From Eubacteriales bacterium (GTDB lineage Bacteria; Bacillota; Clostridia; Oscillospirales; CAG-272): a stretch of DNA of 64,000 nucleotides. The stretch covers positions 109,996 to 173,995 of the forward strand of contig JAZUKN010000102.1 in NCBI GenBank assembly GCA_045643285.1, written 5' to 3'. Both the position numbers and the translations under genes were made by a program. The notes beneath the pieces are model-generated. The model did no database searches. It was not told the origin of the DNA and worked only from the letters and a program-made list of their open reading frames with translations. Positions 24,949 through 34,396 of this stretch are shown here, one piece after another (the first letter of the stretch is position 1; every line of letters starts with the position of its first letter).

Positions 24949-26430
24949 TTATACGCTGAATGTAAGCTCAGCCATTTCGTCTTTGTCGATGACCTTGTCA
25001 AAGCGGACAGCCATTCCTTTAACCTTGGAAAGCGGCGCGGGAATCTTCGTATCCGTCGCGGCTGAAAGGGCTTCCAGACCTGCAAAAACGTCGTCGGTCT
25101 GCTTTACTCCTACTGCCTCGGAGACAGCAGGTGCGAATTTGTACGGGCTGGCGGTGGACGCAAGTATCAAGGGAGTCATGTCGCCGCTTTCGGCGCGATA
25201 TTTCAGTACAGATCCGTAACCGACTGCCGTGTGTGTGTCGATGAGGTAGTTTTCGTCAACGAATACGTCGTGGATCGCACCGAGCGTTTCGTCCTCGTCC
25301 ATATAGTACGCGGAGAACTTTTCGCGTATCTTTTCCATAAGTCCGTCGGGAGCGGTGTATTTGCCGTTTTCTTTCAGCTTTGCCATAAGCTCCGACGTGA
25401 TCTCTGCGCCGCCGAGAACGGACAGAAGCCGCTCAAGATTCGACGAGATGAGAATATCCATGGACGGCGAAACGGTTTTGTAGAATTCTCTCGTTCTGTC
25501 GTATACTCCCGTGTTTACAAAGTCCGTGAGAACATTGTTCGAGTTCGACGCAACTATGAATCTGCCGACGGGAAGTCCCATAAGAGACGCGATATACGCC
25601 GCGAAAATATTACCGAAGTTGCCGGTCGGCACGCAGATGTTCACTTTGTCGCCGAAGACGATCTCACCCGATTTCACGAGATCGCAGTACGCCGAGATGT
25701 AGTATACGATCTGCGGAGCGAGACGCCCCCAGTTGATCGAGTTTGCGCTTCCGTAGAAGAAGCCGTTTTCGTTTGCTTTTTCGGCGAGCTGTTTGTCGGA
25801 GAAGATCGCCTTTACGCCGTTCTGTGTGTCGTCGAAATTTCCGCGGACAGCCGCGACATAAACGTTCGAGCCGGTCGTCGTCTGCATCTGGAGCTTCTGC
25901 ATCGTGCTTACACCGTCGACAGGGAAGAATACCGTTATCTTCACGCCGTCAACGTCTTTGTAGCCCTCAAGCGCGGCTTTTCCCGTGTCACCGCTCGTTG
26001 CAACGAGAATGTGCGCTGTGCGTTTTTCTCCCGTCATTCTGAGCGCAAGGGATAAGAGACGCGGCATGATCTGCAGTGCCATATCCTTGAAAGCGCAGGT
26101 CGGACCGTGCCACAGCTCAAGCGCGTGTACGCCGTCTCTCAGCGTGTGTATGGGTGCAGGACCGCCCGGAAAGCTCTCTTCCGAATAAGCGGCACGGCAC
26201 GCCTCAAGAAGCGCGCCCTTGTCGTAATCGTCGAGATATAAGCCGAGGATAAACGCGGCTCTTTCGGCGTAATTCATATTCATAAGCGCGTCGAAGTCAC
26301 CCTTTGCGAGCATCGGGAAGCCCTCGGGAATATATAGTCCTCCATCCGGCGCGAGCCCTTGCTTTATCGCCTCCGCCGACGAAACGCAGACGGGATTTTC
26401 TCTTGTGTCTCTTGTGCTTTTGTAGTTCAT
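24949..26430 (-). CDS. thrC: threonine synthase (long form)
   Basis: 493 aa, with PLP-lysine context TCAFKDMALQ and overall ThrC-like sequence. Confidence 0.9.
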   Translation of the reverse strand: MNYKSTRDTRENPVCVSSAEAIKQGLAPDGGLYIPEGFPMLAKGDFDALMNMNYAERAAFILGLYLDDYDKGALLEACRAAYSEESFPGGPAPIHTLRDGVHALELWHGPTCAFKDMALQIMPRLLSLALRMTGEKRTAHILVATSGDTGKAALEGYKDVDGVKITVFFPVDGVSTMQKLQMQTTTGSNVYVAAVRGNFDDTQNGVKAIFSDKQLAEKANENGFFYGSANSINWGRLAPQIVYYISAYCDLVKSGEIVFGDKVNICVPTGNFGNIFAAYIASLMGLPVGRFIVASNSNNVLTDFVNTGVYDRTREFYKTVSPSMDILISSNLERLLSVLGGAEITSELMAKLKENGKYTAPDGLMEKIREKFSAYYMDEDETLGAIHDVFVDENYLIDTHTAVGYGSVLKYRAESGDMTPLILASTASPYKFAPAVSEAVGVKQTDDVFAGLEALSAATDTKIPAPLSKVKGMAVRFDKVIDKDEMAELTFSV

Positions 26431-26441
26431 AATGTAGTCCT

Positions 26442-27380
26442 TTATTCTTTCGGTAGATTGTTTTTCATAAATTCAAACGCCGTATTATACGACAGCTTTT
26501 CGATAAATCCGCTGTCAACGCCCATTTCGGCGAGCCTGTCTGTTATCTTCGGCAGAGATGAAATATCGTCTATTCCGTCGGGAAGATCCGTTCCGTCCAT
26601 GTCACAGCCGAACGCGACGGAAGCGGGAGACAGCTTTTTGAAGTGAAGTATATTCTCGCACACGTCGTCGATCGACGCACTCTCGGGCGTTTTCGTGAGG
26701 TGCAGACGGCAGAGATTCACGCCGACTATGCCGCCTCGTGCGGCGATTCGCATAAATCTGTCGTCGGTGAGGTTGCGCGAATGAGGATTGACGGAATACG
26801 CATCCGAATGAGAGGCGAACGCCACCTTTCCGTGCTTTTCGCAAAGCTCGATTATCTCGTCGGCTGACTTAAAAGAAGCGTGCGAGATGTCGGGAATAAT
26901 GCCGAGTCTCAGCATTTCGCAGACTGCTTCACGTCCGAAGTCCGTCAGACCTTTGTCGGTGTCGTGCGAGCCGCCTATCACCGTTTCTCCGCCCCACAGA
27001 GGCGTTATAACGCGCACACCTGCGTCGTACAGTTCTCTTACTCTCCCGAGCTTTCCGCAGAGAATACGCGCGTCCTCGACCGTCAGAATGAATCCGTATT
27101 TTTTGTCCGATTTGCCGAACTCTTCAAGGTCGCGTGCGGTTTTTATCATCGTCGCGCCGTTTTTTTCAGTCTCGGCGAGAAGATTTTCGCGCACTTCCCG
27201 GAATTTCGCCCAGCCGTCCTCGTCGGAGAGCTTTGTTGACGTGAAAACCGCAGTGAGCTGAATGTACTTTTCGTATCGTTCGGCTTTTTTCAGTGAAATG
27301 TGAAAATCATTGTCATAAAGTGGCTGATTTTCGTATAAGAGCCGCGTGGCTGTGTCGCAGTGGAGATCGAATAGCTTCAT
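26442..27380 (-). CDS. membrane dipeptidase family (peptidase M19)
   Basis: N-terminal DLHCDT metal motif and C-terminal FGCDMDG. 312 aa. Confidence 0.7.
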   Translation of the reverse strand: MKLFDLHCDTATRLLYENQPLYDNDFHISLKKAERYEKYIQLTAVFTSTKLSDEDGWAKFREVRENLLAETEKNGATMIKTARDLEEFGKSDKKYGFILTVEDARILCGKLGRVRELYDAGVRVITPLWGGETVIGGSHDTDKGLTDFGREAVCEMLRLGIIPDISHASFKSADEIIELCEKHGKVAFASHSDAYSVNPHSRNLTDDRFMRIAARGGIVGVNLCRLHLTKTPESASIDDVCENILHFKKLSPASVAFGCDMDGTDLPDGIDDISSLPKITDRLAEMGVDSGFIEKLSYNTAFEFMKNNLPKE

Positions 27381-27391
27381 TATGTATCACC

Positions 27392-27808
27392 TCATTTGCG
27401 TCTCGGTGCGCGTGAGAATCTGCCGCGTCTTTGCACGGCGTTCTCGAAATGCCGTATGTCAAGCACTTTGTACTGTTCCGATACGGGATCGGCATAAATC
27501 TCGATAACGTCTATGCGCGGTATTTTGTCTGTCGGATGTTCTGCCGAGTATCTTTCCGCCGCACGGACGAGAGAAAGCTGTTTTTTCTCATCAACCGCCG
27601 ATGCAGGAGTGCCATATTCGGTCACGGTGTCGGGATACTGCCGCCTTGTCTTGACTTCGACGAATACAAGATATTCTTCGTTTTCCGCGATGATGTCTAT
27701 CTCATCGTGTCCGATGTGGATATTTTTGCCGGTTATCGAATATCCGTTTGATTTCAGATACAGCGCGGCGCTCTCTTCGCCTATACGCCCGTATTCACGT
27801 CTGTTCAT
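27392..27808 (-). CDS. YraN family endonuclease (UPF0102)
   Basis: Roughly 120-aa core GEESAALYLKSNGYSI...EIDIIA...VFVEVKTR, in the conserved position downstream of rnhB. Confidence 0.8.
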   Translation of the reverse strand: MNRREYGRIGEESAALYLKSNGYSITGKNIHIGHDEIDIIAENEEYLVFVEVKTRRQYPDTVTEYGTPASAVDEKKQLSLVRAAERYSAEHPTDKIPRIDVIEIYADPVSEQYKVLDIRHFENAVQRRGRFSRAPRRK

Positions 27809-28451
27809 TTTGCTTTTTCGCCTGAAGCGCGCTCTCTAATTTGTCGTGGAATTTGTCTATACAACCGAGAAACGATTTTCTGTATATTTCATTCGCGCCG
27901 TACTCATAAACAGCGAGCATATGCTCAAACGTAGGGTACCCCTTGTGCTTTGCGAGGTTGTATTCGGGGTACTTCTCGTCAAGCTCTTTCATTATCCTGT
28001 CTCGCGTGACCTTTGCAAGCACCGACGCCGCGGCTATCGACTGCGATTTTGCGTCACCTTTTACGACGGTCACGGACGGGACGCCGAAGTCTGTCTGACG
28101 GTTTCCGTCGATAAGTACGACTGACGGCATAACGGTTTTCTTCACCTGTTCCACCGCTCTCCGCATAGCAAGCAGGGAAGCGTGAAGAATGTTTATTTCG
28201 TCTATCTCCGCAGGGGATGCGTCTGCGATACCGTAAGCAACGGCTGACGAAATGATTTCATCGTACAGCTTTTCGCGCTTTTTCTCGGTGAGCTTTTTCG
28301 AGTCGTCAAGTCCCTCTATCACAAGTCCGTCGGGAAGCACGACAGCCGCCGCAACAACGGGACCGCATAAAGGACCGCGTCCGGCTTCGTCCGTTCCGCA
28401 GACTGTTCCGTATTTTTTCGTAAATTCAGCATCAAAACAGCAGTCAAGCAT
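27795..28451 (-). CDS. rnhB: ribonuclease HII
   Basis: Contains the GTDEAGRGPLCGPVVAAAV and DSKKL motifs. Confidence 0.9.
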   Translation of the reverse strand: MLDCCFDAEFTKKYGTVCGTDEAGRGPLCGPVVAAAVVLPDGLVIEGLDDSKKLTEKKREKLYDEIISSAVAYGIADASPAEIDEINILHASLLAMRRAVEQVKKTVMPSVVLIDGNRQTDFGVPSVTVVKGDAKSQSIAAASVLAKVTRDRIMKELDEKYPEYNLAKHKGYPTFEHMLAVYEYGANEIYRKSFLGCIDKFHDKLESALQAKKQNEQT

Positions 28452-29340
28452 TTTCGTCAGCCTTTTTCTTTATTTCGGGAGCGGATTCAAGCGTTATCCG
28501 CCCGATTTTTGCGTCTCTGAATTCGTCAAGAAGCATCGTCGCGGCTCTCAGTGTGTCAAGCTCTCCGCCCGAGATGAGAAAACCGCGCTTTTTCGCAACA
28601 GCGCACAGCTTTTCGTAAGGCGTAGTGTCCGAAAGTTCGTCATAATCGAGCTTGTATCTCGCGCAGAACAACTCCGGTGCACAGGAGTAAAGCCGTTCGC
28701 AAAGACCGCACGCAAGCTCTTCCGTGTCAAGGATAGCGTCGCGTATCGCACCGGTGAACGCGAGGTTCTCGCCGGTGGTCTTGTCGTCGAATTTCGGCCA
28801 CAAAACCCCCGGCATATCGAGCAGATCTATTCCGATGCTCGTCGGTACCCACTGCTTTGTCAGCGTTACACCCGGTCTGTTCTCGACTCTCGCCTTTTTG
28901 CCGCCGCTCAGCTTGTTCACAAGAGAGGATTTTCCGACGTTCGGGATTCCGACTATCATAGCGCGTACCCGTCTGCCTTCCATTCCCTTTGCGGCATATC
29001 TTTCGAGCTTGTCGGACAGAACAGAACGCACGGCAGGTGCTATTTCTTTTATCCCGTTTCCCGAAAGTGTGTCAACGGCAATAGCTACCCAGCCGTTTTT
29101 AGAGGAGTAATATTCTATCCATTTTTTTGTCTCACTCGGATCTGCAAGAGCGGATTTTGTGAGCAGAACGAGCTTCGGTTTCAGTCCGACGAGCTTGTTT
29201 ATTTCGGGGTTCTTCGAGCTTTTCGGTATTCTCGCGTCGAGAAGTTCGATAACGATGTCAACATCCGAGAGACATTCGGTTATCATTCGGCGCGTTTTCG
29301 CCATGTGCCCGGGGAACCACTGTATTGTCTGTGATGGCAC
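28444..29340 (-). CDS. rbgA: ribosome biogenesis GTPase A (YlqF/RbgA)
   Basis: IQWFPGHMAK N-terminus and circularly permuted GTPase motifs (NKSDL-like LTKSAL, GIPNVGKSS). GTG start with SD GGAG. Confidence 0.9.
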   Translation of the reverse strand: MPSQTIQWFPGHMAKTRRMITECLSDVDIVIELLDARIPKSSKNPEINKLVGLKPKLVLLTKSALADPSETKKWIEYYSSKNGWVAIAVDTLSGNGIKEIAPAVRSVLSDKLERYAAKGMEGRRVRAMIVGIPNVGKSSLVNKLSGGKKARVENRPGVTLTKQWVPTSIGIDLLDMPGVLWPKFDDKTTGENLAFTGAIRDAILDTEELACGLCERLYSCAPELFCARYKLDYDELSDTTPYEKLCAVAKKRGFLISGGELDTLRAATMLLDEFRDAKIGRITLESAPEIKKKADENA

Positions 29341-29358
29341 GGTATTTCTCCGTTTCTG

Positions 29359-30000
29359 TCAGTTTTTGTAGGGATTCTTGAATAATGTGAATTTGTTGAG
29401 CGGGGAGACGCGCATTATGGCTTTGCCGACAACGCACGACTTCTTTACGGGGCCTATTATTCTGCTGTCCGCCGAAAGATTTCTATTGTCGCCCATGACG
29501 AAAATCTCGTCGTCTTCGAGCGTCAGCGGATAGTCTACCATAGACAGCCGTCTGTTGTCGCCTTCGAGATGAATATACGCGCTCTCGTCGATTACTTCGC
29601 CGTCGATCTTCAAGGTCCACGTCAGCTCGTCGATGTCTATTGTCTGACCGCCGACTGCGATAACGCGTTTGACGAGTGCTTCATTGTCGTAAGGAGTGGC
29701 GGAAATGTCGTGGATAATAACAATGTCACCCTGTGTAGGCTCATACATCAGATCGGAGACTACAAGCCACTCGCCGCCTTTGTAACCGCCCTTGCCGTCC
29801 GGCTCACCGCCGTAAAGCGTCGTGTCCATTGAGTGACCGGCTACGATGTTGAGTCGCACTACAAACGCGAACAGGAGCATTACAAACACGGTCACGAACG
29901 CCAGAGTCTCGACTATATCGTAAAACGATACGGTAAGGCTGAATTTTTCTTTTTTCTTTTTGGTTTCTTTAATTTCGGTATTGTTCTGATTATCGTTCAT
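29359..30000 (-). CDS. lepB: signal peptidase I
   Basis: S26 motifs GHSMDTTL and GDNRNLSADSR. The start was moved to the ATG at 30000 (SD GGAG), downstream of the preceding stop. Confidence 0.85.
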   Translation of the reverse strand: MNDNQNNTEIKETKKKKEKFSLTVSFYDIVETLAFVTVFVMLLFAFVVRLNIVAGHSMDTTLYGGEPDGKGGYKGGEWLVVSDLMYEPTQGDIVIIHDISATPYDNEALVKRVIAVGGQTIDIDELTWTLKIDGEVIDESAYIHLEGDNRRLSMVDYPLTLEDDEIFVMGDNRNLSADSRIIGPVKKSCVVGKAIMRVSPLNKFTLFKNPYKN

Positions 30001-30011
30001 ATCAATCTCCG

Positions 30012-31226
30012 TTATTTTTCGATCAGTCGGCTCATCAGAGTGCTTCCGTCGGGAATATAGAGAGGCATTTTCGCACATTCGGCTTCGGTGAAGCGAACGG
30101 CACCCGATTTTTCTTCACGTGAATCGTAGATGAAGAACGGTACGGGTTCAGGCGAGTGCGTGCGTATTTCGATCGGCGTCGGATGATCGGGCAGACACAT
30201 TATTTTGTAGTCGTCTCCGCTGTTTTTGAGGTAATCAAGCACGGGAGCGAGGATCTTTTCGTCGATCAGCTCGATTGCGGATTTTTTCAGTTCAGCGTCG
30301 CCCTGGTGTCCGCATTCGTCCGGCGCTTCAACGTGGACGTATACGAGATCGTGACTGCCGAACGCTTTAATGGCGGCGTCTGCCTTGCCGGAATAGTTCG
30401 TGTCGTAGTCGCCTGTCGCACCGTCAACATTGTAAATGTCGCATCCGGCGCAGATGCCTATTCCTTTGATAAGGTCGACTGCACAAACGACGGCGGCTTT
30501 TACTCCCCATTTGTCTGAGAAAGAGGGAAGAGCCGGCTTTCTTCCGGGACTCCACAGCCACGGAGAGTTCGCGGGATGCAGACCTTTTTCGCGTCTTCTC
30601 TTGTTTACGGGATGCTCGTCAAGTACCTTTGCTCCCTCGCGCATAAATTCAAGAAATTCGCGCCCACCGTCGTCCTCTCTCGGGAGATAATCACCGATGA
30701 CTCTGCCGAGAATGTCATGCGGACGGCTGAAATCGTATTTGTCCGGCGCGTTCTTCCAGATAAGGCAGTGGCGGTAGCTTACTCCGGTGTACAGCTTTCG
30801 TCCGTCAAGCGGAAGAGCATCATTCAGAGCGGCGATAAGCTCGTCCGCTTCTTCCGTTGTGATGTTTCCGGACGAATGGTCGATCATCGTGCGGCTCGCG
30901 TAGTCGTCGGCGGCAGTTCCGCTCAGAGTAACGATGTTGCAGCGGATAGCGGTGTCGTCGGGCTTCATATCAATGCCTATAGACATAGCTTCAAGCGGTG
31001 AACGTCCCTTTGAGTACGTTCTCGGATCGTACGACATTATAGCGAGGTTTGCGGTGTCGCTTTCGGGAACCATTCCGGCAGGTACGTTCGATACGGTACC
31101 GCAGAGCGATTTTCCGGCGAGCATATCCATAGTCGGCTTGCTTGCCGCTTCCATAGGTGTGAGATCTCCGAGCGTCGGTACGGGTCTGTCAGCCATTCCG
31201 TCGGGGATAAGTACGAGATACTTCAA
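30012..31226 (-). CDS. cofactor-independent phosphoglycerate mutase, archaeal ApgM type (family also proposed as alternative homoserine kinase)
   Basis: 404 aa with the LIPDGMADRP N-terminus and metalloenzyme-superfamily motifs. TTG start with SD GGAAGGAG. Confidence 0.75.
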   Translation of the reverse strand: MKYLVLIPDGMADRPVPTLGDLTPMEAASKPTMDMLAGKSLCGTVSNVPAGMVPESDTANLAIMSYDPRTYSKGRSPLEAMSIGIDMKPDDTAIRCNIVTLSGTAADDYASRTMIDHSSGNITTEEADELIAALNDALPLDGRKLYTGVSYRHCLIWKNAPDKYDFSRPHDILGRVIGDYLPREDDGGREFLEFMREGAKVLDEHPVNKRRREKGLHPANSPWLWSPGRKPALPSFSDKWGVKAAVVCAVDLIKGIGICAGCDIYNVDGATGDYDTNYSGKADAAIKAFGSHDLVYVHVEAPDECGHQGDAELKKSAIELIDEKILAPVLDYLKNSGDDYKIMCLPDHPTPIEIRTHSPEPVPFFIYDSREEKSGAVRFTEAECAKMPLYIPDGSTLMSRLIEK

Positions 31227-31295
31227 AATCTATTCTCCTTCCGCGTTTTCATGCGCGATGATAATTCTGCTTTTATCAAAAATTATACCAACTAT

Positions 31296-31325
31296 ATTAT
31301 AGCACAATCGGGCTTTGATTGTCAA
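31296..31325 (-). promoter_or_regulatory. sigma-A-type promoter of the apgM-lepB-rbgA-rnhB-...-thrC gene string
   Basis: Minus strand reads TTGACA, 18-nt spacer ending in TGc, TATAAT. Confidence 0.6.
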
Positions 31326-31418
31326 CGCTTTTACTTATCATAATAGCGTACTTTGCAGGGCGTGGACGCTTTTATTATTACAATTTTGTCATACATAATA
31401 TTTTTATTCATTATCACC

Positions 31419-31447
31419 TTGCAAAAATCAGTTTTGTGTTGTATAAT
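31419..31447 (+). promoter_or_regulatory. sigma-A-type promoter of mreB
   Basis: TTGCAA, 17-nt spacer ending in TGt, TATAAT. Confidence 0.6.
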
Positions 31448-31517
31448 AATATCGGGAAATGATTTACACGGGTATTTCCCGTGGATTAAGATAAAAACGA
31501 AAGGGCGGAAGAAACGA

Positions 31518-32555
31518 ATGAGCAAAGACATTGGTATCGACCTCGGCACTGCGACAGTTCTCGTTTATGTCAAAGGGCGCGGTATCGTCATAAAAGAGCC
31601 GTCCGTTGTCGCCATTGATAAATATTCGGAAAAGATTTTGAAGGTCGGACGCGAAGCGCAGGTCATGCTCGGACGTACCCCCGGCAATATAACGGCAATC
31701 AGACCGCTCCGTGACGGAGTAATAAGCCAGTATGAGGTCACGCTGTCGATGATTCGTTATTTCATCAAAAAAGCGTGCGGAACGGTCATTCTCAAGCCGC
31801 GTGTAATTATCTGCGTGCCGTCCGGGATCACCGAAGTCGAAGAAAGGGCGGTAGTCGACGCAGCAACACAGGCAGGAGCAAAGCGTACATACCTTATCGA
31901 AGAGCCTGTTGCGGCTGCACTCGGCGCAGGGCTTGACATATCCGGTCCGAACGGTCACATGGTGGTCGACATCGGCGGCGGCACTACCGATATAGCTGTT
32001 CTGTCGCTCGGCGGCGTTGTCGTTTCCGAATCAATAAAGGTCGCAGGCGATAAGTTCGACGAGGCAATAATCCGTTATGTAAAAAGAAAGCACAATGTTC
32101 TCATCGGTGAAACGACAGCAGAACAGATAAAGATACGCATAGGTTCCGCATGGCCGAGACAGGAGCCGCGTTTCATTGACGTTAAGGGACGCTGTCTTAT
32201 CGAAGGACTGCCGAAGGTCGTCCGCATTTACTCCGATGAAATACCGACCGCACTTGAAGAGCCTATAACCGCAGTCATAGAAGCCGTTTGTTCAGTCGTT
32301 GAACGTACTCCGCCGGAGCTTATCGGTGATATCCTCTCGAACGGCATAGTCATGACAGGCGGCGGAAGCCTCTTGTACGGGCTTGACAGACTCATTGAGT
32401 ATTCGACCGGAATCCGCACAAGAGTCGCTGATAAGGCGGTTTCTTGCGTTGCCATAGGTACCGGAAAGAGCCTTGAAAAGTTGACCTATCTTCCCGACGG
32501 CTCTGCGTCTCTCAGAGACAGGATAACGACCGGATTCCGCGGAATGCTGAAATAA
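31518..32555 (+). CDS. mreB: rod shape-determining protein MreB/Mbl
   Basis: IGIDLGTATVLVY actin-fold N-terminus. The start was moved to the ATG at 31518. The track's 55-aa extension covers the promoter. Confidence 0.9.
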   Translation: MSKDIGIDLGTATVLVYVKGRGIVIKEPSVVAIDKYSEKILKVGREAQVMLGRTPGNITAIRPLRDGVISQYEVTLSMIRYFIKKACGTVILKPRVIICVPSGITEVEERAVVDAATQAGAKRTYLIEEPVAAALGAGLDISGPNGHMVVDIGGGTTDIAVLSLGGVVVSESIKVAGDKFDEAIIRYVKRKHNVLIGETTAEQIKIRIGSAWPRQEPRFIDVKGRCLIEGLPKVVRIYSDEIPTALEEPITAVIEAVCSVVERTPPELIGDILSNGIVMTGGGSLLYGLDRLIEYSTGIRTRVADKAVSCVAIGTGKSLEKLTYLPDGSASLRDRITTGFRGMLK

Positions 32556-32560
32556 AAAAA

Positions 32561-32595
32561 CAGCTCTCTGAATATGATCGGAGAGCTGTTCTTTG
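32561..32595 (+). terminator. intrinsic terminator after mreB
   Basis: Stem CAGCTCTC/GAGAGCTG followed by TTCTTT, a weak U tract. Confidence 0.55.
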
Positions 32596-32603
32596 CATTA
32601 AAT

Positions 32604-32644
32604 CAAACAAAAAGCCCTCCGACCGGAGCAAACAGTCGGAGAGC
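32604..32644 (-). terminator. intrinsic terminator after rpsT
   Basis: The minus strand has a 10-bp stem GCTCTCCGAC/GTCGGAGGGC followed by TTTTTGTTTG. Confidence 0.7.
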
Positions 32645-32662
32645 TTGTTTTGTCTTTAAAAC

Positions 32663-32926
32663 TTACGCCATCTTGTTGAGAAGAAGTGTGAATCTGCTCT
32701 TCTTGTGAGCGGCGTTGTTCTTGTGAAGAAGTCCCTTAGCTACAGCCTGGTCAACAGCTTTGATCGTGTTGCCGTAAAGAGCTTCTGCCTGAGCCTTGTC
32801 GCCTGCTTCTACTGCTGCAAGGAACTTTTTGATAGTTGTCTTGAGAGCAGTCTTAGCCATCTTGTTCTGAAGTGTCTTCGCGGAGATGACTTTTACGCGC
32901 TTTTTAGCGGATTTGATGTTCGGCAT
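32663..32926 (-). CDS. rpsT: 30S ribosomal protein S20
   Basis: MPNIKSAKKRVKV N-terminus. The start was set at 32926 (SD AAGGGAGA). Confidence 0.95.
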   Translation of the reverse strand: MPNIKSAKKRVKVISAKTLQNKMAKTALKTTIKKFLAAVEAGDKAQAEALYGNTIKAVDQAVAKGLLHKNNAAHKKSRFTLLLNKMA

Positions 32927-33028
32927 TGTTTTTCTCCCTTTCAAAAATTTTTACGGTTTTTGATAACCGAAGCGAGTTCCGTCGGTGCCTGAGAGGGTAC
33001 ACCTTCGGGCAATCTCATACAATTAGTA

Positions 33029-33057
33029 ATTGTACCACGTTAATTCGGAAAATGCAA
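33029..33057 (-). promoter_or_regulatory. sigma-A-type promoter of rpsT
   Basis: Minus strand reads TTGCAT, 17-nt spacer ending in TGg, TACAAT. It is followed by a leader of about 95 nt. Confidence 0.55.
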
Positions 33058-33108
33058 GTGTTTTCGGAAAAATAAAGGAAAAAATTTTATATTTGTCGTA
33101 TAATTTTG

Positions 33109-34386
33109 TTATTTTTCCGCGCTGTCCCAGTATTTTCTGAAATAACTGTTCCTCTTCTGCTTCCGTGCGATGAAATATACGAGCAGAGCAAGCAGAGCGG
33201 CAACGATTACGGCACAGATGACATAGATCGATGTGCCGATGGTGGATTCGATCTTGAGGTCTTCCCAAAGGGAATTCATAAGGTTTCTCGTGTCGTCGGG
33301 CAGATCGAAGTAATATTCCATTTTCGATGAATCAAAGCCGTAGAGAATGTCTATTGCATCAGGGTGTATCTCCTCCATGCACTCGACATATTCTTCGTTC
33401 TCCATGATCCTCGACTGCGGAGACGCATAGCATATGTATTCGGCGTTTGCGACAGCCGCTTCTTCGTCGAGCATGAAGTTGATGTATTCGCACGCGAGAT
33501 CATAGCTCATTACCGACGACGGAATGCACATGGCGTCAACGAATACGTTTGTGCCTTCTTCGGGGTAGTAGAACGCGAGACGGTCGTTGTCGGCATACAT
33601 CGTGAAGAAGTCACCGGCATAGTACGACGTTACAGCCGCACTGCCGCCCTTCATCTTGTTGAACATCTCGTCCATGACGTAACCCTGAACGACGGGCTTT
33701 TGCTCTTTGAGATACTCAAAGGCATTTGTCCATTCGTCGGGATCTTCGGAGTTGATGCTGTAACCGAGCGAATACTGCGCCGTCATGAACGCATCGCGCG
33801 GATTGTTGAACTGGAGAATATTTCCGGCGTACTTTTCGTTCCACATCAGATCCCACGAGCCGGTGTCCTCTTCGTCGACCATTTCGGTGTTGTAGATAAC
33901 GCCGACCGTTCCGAACGTGTAGGGAACAGAGTAGAGGTTTTCGGGGTCAAAGTAGAGATTTTTGAATTCGTCGTCGATATAGCAATAGTTCGGGATGTTC
34001 TCTTCGGGGTTAAGCTCAGCGAGCAACCCTTCTGCCGCAAGACGCGCAACCATGTAGTCGGACGGAATTATAACGTCATACGCCACGGCACCGGACGAGA
34101 GCTTTGCGTAAAGGTCTTCGTTAGACGAGAACGTCGAGTAGTTTACCGTGACGTTTCTGCCGAGCTCTTCGCGGCAATAATCTTCAAAAGCGGCATTGAC
34201 GTCAAGCGAATCCTCGCTTCCGTCGGAGATGTATTCACCCCAGTTGTAAACGTACAGTGTTTCGCTCTTTCCGCTGGCAGGTGCGCCGCCGTCTTCTTCG
34301 CCGGATCCGCACGAAACAAGACAGAACGCGAGCGAGAGGATCATAAGAGCGGCGAGGACGAGCGTGAATATCTTTTTAAGTTTCAT
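33109..34386 (-). CDS. potD: spermidine/putrescine ABC transporter substrate-binding lipoprotein with extra C-terminal TM helix
   Basis: Lipobox LVSC after the signal peptide and a PotD-like body. The C-terminus is IYVICAVIVAALLALLVYFIARKQKR. The start was set to the ATG at 34386 (SD GAGGTGA). Confidence 0.85.
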   Translation of the reverse strand: MKLKKIFTLVLAALMILSLAFCLVSCGSGEEDGGAPASGKSETLYVYNWGEYISDGSEDSLDVNAAFEDYCREELGRNVTVNYSTFSSNEDLYAKLSSGAVAYDVIIPSDYMVARLAAEGLLAELNPEENIPNYCYIDDEFKNLYFDPENLYSVPYTFGTVGVIYNTEMVDEEDTGSWDLMWNEKYAGNILQFNNPRDAFMTAQYSLGYSINSEDPDEWTNAFEYLKEQKPVVQGYVMDEMFNKMKGGSAAVTSYYAGDFFTMYADNDRLAFYYPEEGTNVFVDAMCIPSSVMSYDLACEYINFMLDEEAAVANAEYICYASPQSRIMENEEYVECMEEIHPDAIDILYGFDSSKMEYYFDLPDDTRNLMNSLWEDLKIESTIGTSIYVICAVIVAALLALLVYFIARKQKRNSYFRKYWDSAEK

Positions 34387-34396
34387 TCCGTTCACC

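Noticed and set aside
25231-26055. 274-aa plus-strand ORF (and similar ORFs at 22064..22657, 23422..24081, 34364..35182, 46291..46977, 48227..49084, 50949..51569)
   Set aside because: Each lies antisense to a confidently identified gene (thrC, clpP, tig, potC, SBP, ABC ATPase, ligase) and has no recognisable motifs.
28252-29334. 360-aa plus-strand ORF
   Set aside because: It is antisense to rbgA and rnhB, which have unmistakable motifs. Its Arg/Ser/Phe-rich, low-complexity content is typical of a shadow ORF.
32981-33015. GGTGCCTGAGAGGGTACACC, reminiscent of the TPP-riboswitch CUGAGA core
   Set aside because: The rest of the TPP consensus (ACCUGAUCUGGAUAAUGCC) is absent, and there is no downstream gene on that strand. 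It lies in the rpsT leader in antisense.
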